64,000 nucleotides of DNA. Source: Lama guanicoe (lineage: Eukaryota). The position numbers and the translations under genes were made by a program. The notes beneath the pieces were generated by a model that had not been told where the DNA came from, did not search any database, and worked only from the letters and a program-made list of their open reading frames with translations. The DNA is taken from positions 373,457 through 437,456 of the forward strand of contig MU054831.1 in assembly GCA_013239625.1 (NCBI GenBank), written 5' to 3'. How positions within the stretch are numbered: the first letter of the stretch is position 1; the number at the start of each line of letters is the position of its first letter. Positions 11,642 to 22,720 of the stretch are shown here, piece after piece.

Positions 11642-14600
11642 CTTGAGATGAGAGGGAAAGGCTGTCAGGGGGCCGTCCGTGGGACCAGGGCCCTCATGTC
11701 ACTCTGAGCCCTCAACCACCACAGACTCGGCTCAACTCTCCCGTCTGTTCCAGGGCAGAGTGCCGTCGGAGCAGCAGGGTCTGGACGGGAATCCAGGTCT
11801 GTGAGACTTCAGAACTGGTTACCGTGAGACCAGAAACACAGCCTGCCCCCTTCCCATGTATGTAGAATAGACTTCAGAGGTGGATCTTTATTTTCTGATG
11901 AGTAGAACGCAAAGTGGGTTTTCAACTATGGGTTCTGCTCATTTTTAAATGCATTACATTTTCAGAAAACTGAACGCAACTCCTAATCCAACAATGTCAG
12001 TGGCACTCCAGCTTCCTGAGCTGTGGGGACAGGGAACAGGAAAGGGGACAGGACGACCCCCTGGTGCACTTCACTCTGCAGTTCCCTCTGTCACACCCCC
12101 ACACTGGCAACCACCCTGTGTCAGACGGCTCTCCTGCTCACCTGGCTGAGTATAACACGGCCAACTCACACATTCACGCAAGCACTTAACGAATCAAAAA
12201 TCACCTTTCAACCACCGTTAACTACGTGTTCTGATTACGTGAAGTTCAAAGAAGATACAAAATACTATAATTAGAATTTATATTCAAAGGAAACATGAAG
12301 AGATTGCACCACTTTACTGCAGGTCATCATCTAAGGCTTAGCTCTGCTTGGAAAAGTGCTTCTGAACTCCGACCCAGACCGTCCCCTGCGCATCTTGGTT
12401 TGACCCCTCCCCCGAGTCCTGCACAGCATGTGGAAGGAGCACACACCTGTTTTAAAAATCATTACCTCTGGGAAAATCAGCAACAAAAGACTGAATCTGA
12501 AATTTGCAGACATACAAAATTAGGGCTGCATTTTAGTTACACTGCAACATTCACAGATGAAAAGGAATGTTAGAAGGAAAAAACCAGAATCACATGTTGC
12601 ACATGTCCAAATGTCAGAGTAAAAACGTGACTAAACACATACTGTCCCTTCTAACAAACTGTAAAGCAATGCCCTGTGCACTCTTGAGTGCACCTGCAGG
12701 TGACTTCACCAGGATGTGCCAAGTCCCCTGAGCGCCTGGCACAGATAGGTGCAGGGACACGGCAGAGAAGAGGACAGGTAATTCCCTGCTCCTGTGGAAC
12801 CTTGCAATCCAGTGGGGAAGGTCACAGACAAAGCCACTCTGTCACGAATGAGGAACTGTGGACAATAGAGCTGAAACAGGACCGAGCCCAGAAGATGGCA
12901 GAGCAAAGGTGTCTGATAGAGATGGCTGATTCCAGACTCTGAATCTTCATTCAAGGGCAGAAGGGATTATCTCACTTGGAATAGCTTTCAGGTCACATCT
13001 ACAAATCATCTGCTAACTCAGAACCTGATGCCACTCTCAGGCTGCATCTCTGAGCGCACATGGCTTTGCTCTGTTCTGCTTTCGCAAACATCTCCATCCC
13101 GAAGGTTCTCAATTGGGGGAAACAAGAAGAGGTGTGGACCAGTGTAAATCCATCACCATCAGGAAATTTCAACACAAGACCTCCTGGGGTCCGCTACCTT
13201 AATTACCTGTTACCCTTTCAAAGCAGTACCAGTGAAGACGGAACGGGGTGCGAGGCATTTGGAGCTGACAACACGGCTTGTGTTTCCACCACCAGGAAGA
13301 CGCCCTGCAGCAGGCACCAGAGGTGCAGACGCCCAGCACCCCGAACCCCACCAAGGAGGCCGTGCAGAAGGCCCGAGGCCAGCACTCTGAGTGGTCGGCC
13401 CTTCTGTTCAGACTTCTGTCTTGAGCCGGGAGGCCAGGAGGAAGCAGAGCACTCCAGACAAGGGAATGACAGGCCCCACAGCCTAGAGCCGCCACCACTG
13501 CAGGCTCCCGTGCCCCAGGAAGGAAAACCTGTAACACACCCCACCAGTGAGCCAAGCACGCCAGTCATTTTGCTTGGAGGTCGGTTTTCACTTTCCTAGC
13601 TTAGTTCTAGAGTTCTTGGTGCTTGCTCTGTAACCCTCTTGTGAATTTGGCACAAGTCCTAACCATCCTGTGGACTTTCTACCAGGAAGCACACTTGGCA
13701 ATGAGCTCTACATTTTTAATCTTGCTTTGCTGACACGTGTAGCTTCCACCTGCTTGGCGAAGCCGTCACCAACTGCCACCATCTGACTAGACCCTCCGCA
13801 GCACCGTCTTCATGTTCTCACAGACAACCTGCCACCTGACTGCCTTCCTTGATCGCTAACAACTTACTTGTGATTTAAAAATTCCTTGCAATTTGTTGCC
13901 CAAAGGTGTGAAATTTCCTGTTTCTTCAGAAGTCTGCCCCAAGCTAGGTGTGCTGCAGTTTCTCCGAGGCCCATTTTTCCTAAGCAAACGTGCTGCTGAG
14001 GAAGGTTCTGGGTGTTGCGCCCCTATGTTCCCCACAAGCCAGTGGTTTCAGCTGCTTGATTCTGCAGAAACACACATACAGTGCATTACAGCACAACTGT
14101 GTCAAGCTTCTTTACATATTGCAAGACTGGCCACAACCTCATGAAGATGTCCGTGTCCATCTCACGAGGAACGAGTCTCCTTTTCTTGCCGTTAGCAACA
14201 GGGTGATGCCGGGCCAGATCCTCGCACCATGCCGGGCATCTCTGGTGAATGTTCCACAAGCACCTGAAAAGCACAGGCATTTTCCCGCTGCTCAGCAGTG
14301 CTGTCAACTGGGCCATGCTGTGTGACCGAATTTAAATATCCTACAACATTACTGGTTCTGTTTCGTGAGTTACTGCAAGGAGTGTTAAAATCCGGTTCCT
14401 ACAGAGTTCTCTGCCTCCCAGCAGGCTGCGCACCAAGCCATCGCAGAGCAGCTGTAAGGCGCGCATGGGAGGACATGGCCCTGGACAGACGCCTTCTCGC
14501 TCCAGCACGGGTCCTGCACCTGCGGGAGGCTCAGGGGGGTGACCTCAAGTGCACTCAATGCTCACGCAGCCACTTCAGCTTTCCCAGGACGGGGGCCTGC

Positions 14601-15009
14601 AGGGCAATGTCCCATCCCTTGAGTTTACCTCATCTGTGCCTCTCACTGAAACTTTCTCCTCCTCCAGCCTGATGACACCTGCCGTTCACTTGTGCCTCGT
14701 GCTGCCTGCGTACCTAAGACCACTCGCTGCTGTGCGCACGTCTGCCCCCTGCTGCCCACTCCCCACTGCCTCATTCCCCTGCTTCTGGACAAAACTCTTT
14801 CATACTCTACTTTACCAAAGCTACTGGCTTTCAGCCAAATCTTTTATTTCCTCCAGTGGCTGCTAGCTGGGCAGCCGCGCTTCCAGCAGGGCTCTGCCCC
14901 TGGGGAGCAGCATGCAGGGGTCACAGCAGCACCCCACTCCGCCCTCGTGCTCTCCTTGCTCAGTGTCAGTTATCGTCAATTCCCTTTGAAAGACATTTAA
15001 GAGGCAAGA

Positions 15010-16390
15010 AAAAATCTTGTATTTGCCAACACATCTCCCATTTCCAGTGCTTCCCCTTCTCTGCAAACGTGTAGACTCTCATTTAGTCCTTCTTATGGTG
15101 TAGGTCTGATACTGATAAATTTGTTCAGCTTATTTATCTGAAAATGTCTTTGTTTCATCTTCTCTTTTTAATCCTCATTTTGAAGATTGTTTCTGATGAA
15201 CACAGAACCTGAGGCTGACGGTTTTGTACTCTCGGTACTTTCAGTCCACAGGGCTCACGTTCTTCCTGATGAGAAGTCAGTGGTCTTTTTCACCTTTGGT
15301 CCTCTGTGTGTAATCTGTTTTTCTTTTTTTCCGGCTACCTGTAGGATTTTTCTGTTCGCCAGTGGTTTCCACCTATCCGCTGCCGTCTAGACTTATTCTG
15401 CCTGGTGTCTGTTTTAGTTCGGACGCGTTCTGTTGACCCTTTGTCTTCCGCAGTATAACTTGCTGTTGGGCCCACTAGGAAATGTTTCATCTCAGGTGTT
15501 GGACATACTTTTTTAATCTCTAGAAGTTTCATTTTCCTTCTTTCTAAAAATCTTCCATTTACTTCATCACCTTCATATTTCCCTTTTAAGCACAGAAGCA
15601 CATTTAAAACAGCTAAGTCAGGTCTGCCAATCCTATCATCTGTCATTTCTGACCTGTTTTTACTGCCTGATTTCTCTCCTGGTTATGTGCCACGTTTTTT
15701 TTTTTCCTCTTTGCATATCTAGGAACTTTTTATTGGAAGTTCAATATTGTGACTCTTACACTATAAATGTCTGGATTTTGACGTCTGTCTTCAGTAAGTG
15801 ATGGGATTTGTCCTGGCCAGTACTTAATTTATTTGTAAGTGAGCTTGATCCTTTCAAGGCTTGTTTGTGAGCTCCTCCACACGGACTTTACTGAATGCCA
15901 TGGGTGTTCAGCAGGACGTCCCCCTGCTTGGTTGGAATTCCGGCATCTCCTGACTCCACTCCAACTTCCCAGTTCTGTGCAGCCTCCAGTTCGACTCTGT
16001 CTCCTGCTGGCTACACTCTGCCCAGATCCACGGAAGCTTACCCTGCCCACAAGGTGAGTGTCAGCCGTGGTGCCAGAGGGACCCCAGGGGAGGTCCGTGG
16101 AGCCCTCTGTCTTCCTGGGAGCTCTGCCTCACTACTGCAGGTTCATTACTCAGCTTCCTTGAGCTGTGACCCCATTCTTCCACTGAGACCAGGTGCTCTG
16201 CTTGATTTACCCTCCCTGGGGCAAGGGCAGGCAGGCGGCAGAAAGCTGGAATGACTTTACAGTTCATATAATTTGATCCCTTCTCTCAAGGACCAAAGTC
16301 CTGCATTGCCTGTTCAATGTCCTAAGAGAACTGCTTCATACATTTTGACCAGCCTTCCAGTCACTCACACCAGGAAGACTAGTCTGGTAT
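15010..16390 (-). mobile_element. Ancient L1 (L1M-type) fragment
   Basis: T-rich stretch with typical antisense L1M phrases (TTTATCTGAAAATGTCTTTGTTTCATCTTC; TCCTGATGAGAAGTCAG; TCTGCCAATCCTATCATCTGTCATTTCTG). Boundaries approximate. Confidence 0.55.
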
Positions 16391-16398
16391 AGTTACTT

Positions 16399-16605
16399 CA
16401 TGGTTCGGCAAACTACGGAGCCCTGGCAAATCCACCTGCGACCTTGTGAACAAGCCGCCTTGCTAGAACAGCCGTCCACAGGTGCGCTGTCCGGGCCATC
16501 TCCCCTGACGCCTGTGGGGCTGAACAACTGCACCAGAGGCTGCCTGGCCCCCAAAGCCTGAAGTGTTTACTGCCCGATCCTTACAGAAAGAGTCTGCCAA
16601 CCCTG
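16399..16605 (+). mobile_element. MER58A-like hAT-Charlie DNA transposon
   Basis: Termini CATGGTTCGGCAAACTACGG ... TTTACTGCCCGATCCTTACAGAAAGAGTCTGCCAACCCTG resemble the MER58 TIRs. Confidence 0.7.
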
Positions 16606-17164
16606 AGCTATCCCCTCATGCCAGAAGTAGAAGTGGTTGGTCTTGAATCCTCTAAAGCCAAGCAGCCAGGCGCTAGGTTGCACTGCACATCCCTTTTCCA
16701 CCTGCGCCACCACCGTCATGTAACTGTGCCCCTAAAACCTGTCTCCACGCACTTCTCTGGACCAAGGGCCCTACAGTCCCTCCCACCTCAGATCTGTCCA
16801 CTACTCGCCCCAAGAAACAACCACCTGTCCTCGCACACACGACCAGCCCATCAAGCTCCTCTCACAGCTACCTCATCGTTTTTGAGAATTCTGTGGTTAT
16901 CGAGAATGAAAATGTGATCTGAATTAACAGTTCATCAAATTAAGCTGGTCATGGACATGCTGAAACACGTGCATGCTACAGTCCATGATAAAATATACCT
17001 GGTGTAACAGAAAATAATTTCAGGTAATCACTCCATTTCAAAAGACTTGAAGAAATCACGCTTAAAATTTATGCAGCAAGGACTGTTCCTTGCTTGAAAT
17101 AAACCCACCAAAGAACCCTGAGTTACTTTTTATTAATATTAAATAAACAAGTCATTTTTAAAGT

Positions 17165-17602
17165 GTAACAAATTATTGTAAAACTCAGAGGCCTAAACCA
17201 ACAACAAACATTTATTGCGTGACAGATTTTTGGGCCAGGAGTTTGGGAGTGTCTAAGGTGGGTGGCTGTGGTGTGAGGGCCAGTCCTGCGGTAACAGCCC
17301 ATCAGCCAGGATGGCAACATCAGCTTCCCTGGGCTCAGATGGCATTTCTGGGACGGGCCACAGCTCCCTGCCTTGTGGGACGCTCTGGGAGGCTGCCTGA
17401 GTGTCCCCCAGAGTAACTGATTCAAGACAAGGCAAGGCGCAGCCGCTAGGTTCTGTGACCCAGTCACGACGTCACACACCTATTTCTGCAGTGTCCTGCT
17501 GGCTAAACAGGAAGCCCTACTCAGTGTGGGAGGGACCAGAAAGTGTCATGAATTCCAGGAGGTAAGGAACACTTGGGGCCACTTCAGAGGCTGGCTGTCA
17601 CA
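17165..17602 (-). mobile_element. MLT1-family (MaLR) LTR
   Basis: AAAACTCAGAGGCCTAAACCAACAACAAACATTTATT...GGGCCAGGAGTTTGGG ... GGGGCCACTTCAGAGGCTGGCTGTCACA are MLT1E/F-like ends. Confidence 0.6.
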
Positions 17603-17823
17603 ATGAGTAAAACTTCCACGACATATGAATAAGGAAATGACAGAAGTTATAACTTTGCTCTTCAGCAAAATTTTCTAAAGAATTTCCCCCACTAAATTCC
17701 TAAGTTATTTGATTCTGCCAACAAAGGAATTTTCCCTTTGACTTTACAGGTCATGCTATTACAATCTACTGATTGGGAAGGGGAGATAATTACAAATTTA
17801 ATAAACTTGAGTTAATTTCTTAC

Positions 17824-17944
17824 CGACCACCATCAGTGTGAACTCAAAACCTTTTTTCACTGATTTTCGGTGAACTTGATTGGGAAGATTTGCAAATCCA
17901 ACATAGCCTGGAGTTTCTGGATTTATAAACTGAGTTGGTTGTTG
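17824..17944 (-). CDS. SEPTIN2: Septin-2 coding exon 2 ([40 protein letters not shown](G))
   Basis: 121 nt; [14 protein letters not shown] plus the polybasic region; ttttag| acceptor and |gtaaga donor. Confidence 0.97.
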
Positions 17945-19313
17945 CTAAAATAGTATTTCACACAAAAAAAGAACACACACCTTATTAGTTGCCTGTAAGA
18001 TACTGTGCCAAACATAGATCCAGAGTCATTTCTATCAGAAAATTGATGGTATTAACTTAAAAGCATTTATAAAAAGAAGAAAAACCCATTCAGTATCATT
18101 TCATGCCTATATGCTGACCTAAAATAACATTCCTGTTAAGCAATGAAGCAACACAGAAGATGAATCTTCAATTCACTTACGTCAAATTCTGACTTGAGAA
18201 ACTGTTTATAGAGCTAAAGAAAATTCAGTCAACTTTACAAAGCAAAGCCACAGCTGACAGTGGTTCCAGCCAACAAATTTAGCTAAAGAATAGCTTCTAA
18301 AAATAGACTTCAGGTATCAGAAGTGGTGCATTGGGGAAAATAGCCGGAAAAAGCCCCGTCTCCAGCTGAATTCCCAGCTCCAAGGAACCGAGCCCCACGA
18401 AGGTGAGGCAGGCAACCGAGGGGCGGGATGCTGAGCATCCAGCTTCAAAGACCAGGAGAAGGGAGACGGAGAGTGGGAACAGGGCCACAGCTGGCGGTCA
18501 GCGCTCTCTGAGACAGACGCCTGCCGCCTGACAGGAGTCACAGCGGGGGCACCAAGCCGATGCAGGGAAGCCATGGAGCCGGGCAGCGCTGAGCTCAACA
18601 TGGGAGGGAATTGAAAAAGACACAGCAGATTCATCAGATGTGAAGACAAGGTATAAAACAGCATTTCCTTTAGGATTTCCTTTTGTAAACGTATATTCAC
18701 AAGCACACACACAGGTGTAAAAAGAATGTTCACAGAGTGTTACTAGCGGTTATTTCTCAATAACAAAATTGTGGTTAATTTTTATTTTCTTTTTTGCTTA
18801 TCAAAGTTCCACACAAAAACTACGATGACTCTGCATCATAGTAACACTCAAAGATTTTAAAATAAAAGGCAAAGGGAAATAATTATCTTGCAATTTTAAC
18901 CACAAATTCTGCCTATCTCAGCATGTCTTGTAGAACGAATTCCTTTCAGGGCTCTAGGCTAATCTGCAAGAGCTGACACAGGCCAATGTGTCACGTCTGA
19001 GAGCTCCATTTGCTTCATCTCGATCAACCGTTAGAATTTTTAAACTATTATTTGATCGATCTGTTGGGAATGAGCCAAGGAGGCTAAACAGATTATCATT
19101 AATGTTTTCAGAAACAAGAAATTAGAAATCTGAAAAAAGAAAGCTCACAGCTTTTAGAACGACAATTAAATTAGAACTCTTTTGTCTTAATGAATCAAAC
19201 ATATCAGTTGTATTAAAAATAATCAATCATATAACTCTGGACTATAAACAGTCTGAAAACACAAAGCAGTTTCTCCTTATGGTGCAGACACATGACAAAG
19301 TGTGATCTCTTAC

Positions 19314-19322
19314 CTTCGACAT
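19314..19322 (-). CDS. SEPTIN2: Septin-2 coding exon 1 (MSK); whole exon 19314-19347 including 25 nt of 5'UTR
   Basis: ttttaaacag|ACTGACGACACTTCATTCACTAAAG ATG TCG AAG|gtaaga; A at -3. Summed exons 9+121+87+124+135+118+102+146+84+58+102 = 1086 nt = 361 aa plus stop. Confidence 0.92.
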
Positions 19323-20399
19323 CTTTAGTGAATGAAGTGTCGTCAGTCTGTTTAAAAGAAAACACACATATGTATCGATATGTGTACACACATGAATCAA
19401 CAAGTAAAAAGACTCACATGTGAGGCATCATTAGCTTGTTTCACTCAGCTTCTCATTACATCAAATACTGCCCCAGAAATGATGAAATGATCACCTCTTA
19501 TTATGAAGATAAATTAGACATAAAAATTAAGCTACTGAAATCAACCCCCTCCACACACACATTCATTCCATACCCTCAGCAGTACCTTTTCTAGTACTGA
19601 TTATATGTCAGGCACTAGATACACAATAGGAGAACAACATAAATTTCCACAACCACCGGAATTTCTCATTTCCTTTTTCTCTGGAAACCCTCAGCTTTTC
19701 AGGAAGGGCGTCTGTGAGGCAGCCTGCCACCTGCTGGAGAACCCCAGCGCCAGGGACTGGATTTGGATGCTGGGCACACAGAGCCAGCCCTGTGAACCAC
19801 GTCCAGGGGGAAAGGACAAAGTCAAGGCGGGTGCCTCTGTGACTCCTCCTGGTGCTGAGGAACTTCTCAGAAAGCTGCTTTCACCTTCTTGCTTCCCCAT
19901 TTCCCTGAGGCTGTAACATTCCTGAAGACTGCACACCCCAGGTTTCCTTTTTGAATGGAAATGTCCAACCAAGGTTAAGATGAGATAGCACGGCACAGAA
20001 GGTAAGGGTTATGGTCCTGGCTCCCCTTCCAGGGCCCTTTACTCTCATCTGTCCGGCAGAAGAGGGGAAGAGGAAGAGGACCCTGTGAACGGCTTCTTGC
20101 TACAACGCTCATTACTTAGGGCGAGCAGAAAGTGCAGAGGAAGGACTACTGCTGACGGAGGAGACAGGTAAGCTCCATCTTGAGCGTCCAAAACGCTTAG
20201 GACAAGGAAGCAGAATTAAGGCAAGCTCACAGGAAAGTAGGGATGCCAGGCAAGAGAAGCAAGATGAACTGGGAGAACCAGAAAGGTAGGAAAAGAACAG
20301 CATAGATCTCGGAAGACCGTGGGAGCAGAGCTCCGGGGGTGAGGACCTCAGGGTTAAGGTGACGGGGTTCCTTGTGTCTGTGCCCTCATTTTCCTGCCT

Positions 20400-22720
20400 C
20401 CAAGAAGAGCTTAACAGGCAAGGTGCAGAAGGAGAAAGACAATCATTTGAACCAAGAAAGTAACATCACCATGATGAAGATGCAAGTGCATTATTTAAAA
20501 CAAAGAAAACTATCTGGATCTAAAAACGATGATTTTCAATCTCAGACTTTGGTAGTTGAATTGAATGAAAAGTCAGTTGAGACTTGAAATGTGACTTGGA
20601 AAACCAGATATAAGAAATCTCAGTGCACAAGAACAACAGGGAAGGAAACCATGGGTATAAGATGGCCTCGAGAGACATCTGGAGGAAATCTGCCTTGTTA
20701 ACAGAAAGTGAAGGTAAAAGGGACAGATGGCGAAAAAAGAGAGTAGTAGTAACAGAGGAAAACTTTCCTGAGAAGAGCAAAGACCAGTCTATCTGGGATT
20801 GTGCATTAAGGTGCATTTCACAGGAGTGAATTAAGGTCTCGTGAAGAGTAGGGACATCCTAGGATAATATTATTTATAGTCCAGAATTTAAAATACTAAA
20901 CGTCCTCAGCAAAACCTAAGATTTCTGGGCAAGAGTGAAAGCAGAGAAGTAAAATTTTCAAAAGGGAGAAGGGAGCAGACACTTGGAATACAGATGGTTG
21001 TGGCAGAAGCAGCAGCTAACACCTTGTTTTCAAACAATAAAGAGGTAAGTATCTGACTATGGAAGAAAAGGAAATGTAGCCATTAGAAACTTTACTTACA
21101 AATTAGGAGAAAAATATGGAACAGCAACTTTATCAAACCAGCAAAAAATATGGAAAAGAAACGAGAAAAATTCAAGAATACCGGTTATCAGTGTAAATGG
21201 GAAAGAAACAAATTCTCTCATAAGAAGAGATGGCGGGGTGCAGCAGGGATGCGCCAGAAAACCAGCTATATGTTATGTGGAAGAAATGTGCTTAAAACAA
21301 AGTTGCCCCCAAAATGTTGAAAACAAAGGGACAGGCTAAGAGATACCAAGCTAGTGCAAACAGAGACTCAGAGACATTGTTACTACCAACCAAGGTAGGA
21401 TTTAAGGAAATGTGGTCATGATAAAAGGAACAATTACAAAGATAATACATTTATAAACCTGCATCCATGAATACTTACAGCAGATAAATACACAGAACGA
21501 AGACTAGGAAAAATACAAGGTGAACTTGAAAAAAGTACAATTTGTGTGGGAGGCTTTAATAGCTTCTCTCAGAACTGGACAGATTCAGCGGACAGTACCA
21601 GCGAGGGCAGAGGAGGACTGAGCACCCACCGCCACCACCAGAGAATCTGAATTAACACATATGGAAAATCTTGCGTCAGTAGAATATAGAAAAGCAGTTA
21701 AAGATTAAAAATTTTCATTATCATGTAACTGCTGTAAAGAACTACCCAAATTTTAACATACTTTTTAGTCAGTGTTCTCAAATCATGATCTGTTAAAACT
21801 AAAGGGGAAAAAAGATAAAAAATAACCTAAGTTATTTACAACATTCCAGGATAACTCTTGGATCAAGGAGCAAAACCACAAGCTGCCCAGAAAGCTCTGG
21901 GAAAGGACACAGTACAAGCCACACAGACTCAGATGAAAATGTAGCTTTTACATATTTTCACTATTGAGGCACACTGAACATAAAAGAAACAGAAAGTAAC
22001 TCAATAAAGGGTACATAAATCCAAAAGCTGAACCTTTGAAACAAATTCCTCACAAGTTCCACTAAGAAAAAAAGAGCAAATACAGAAAAGAAGATATAAT
22101 CACAGACACAGGCAACCACATTTATCAAGATGGCCACAAACTTGAAAATCTGGGAGACATGGATGATTTCCTGGACACTGTAAATTACCACAGTGAAATC
22201 CAGAACTGAAAATCTGCCTACAGCAAACACCACGGAACAGCTGAATAAAGAGTTACGAATGAAAAAGGGAGCAAGACGGGACAGAATTAGAGTCGAAATA
22301 GGTACCCAGAATAGGTAACACCAAAGTCACTTAAGCTACTACAGAAAAAGGGAAAGCACTCCAATTTATTTTATGAAGACAGCACAATTCACCTACAAAC
22401 CCACATGGAGAAGCAAGCAAGTTGGCTGGCTGTAAGTCAACCTCACTTGTGAATTACAAACGCAAAAATTCTCAATGAAATACTTGCTCGCAGTTAAATA
22501 CCAGGAATATACCCAAAGCATCTATCAATACAAGCTGCTAACTCAAGTTAAAGGAGAAAACTATACACGAATAGATGCTGAAGATGTACATGATAAAATT
22601 CAGCAACCAACTCTAATAAAAACACTAAATAAGAAAACTGCTTTATAATATAGGCTATTTCCTAAAACCAATGGCAAATGCTATTCTCTAAACAACCGAA
22701 TGCTAAGTTGTTTGAATTAC
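20400..22720 (+). mobile_element. Ancient, degraded L1 (ORF1/ORF2 remnant)
   Basis: A-rich. Degenerate endonuclease motif GTGGGAGGCTTTAATAGCTTCTCTCAG (~21546, cf. VGDFNTPLS) and RT motif ATAGATGCTGAAGATGTACATGATAAAATTCAGCAACC (~22571, cf. IDAEKAFDKIQHP). Confidence 0.7.
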
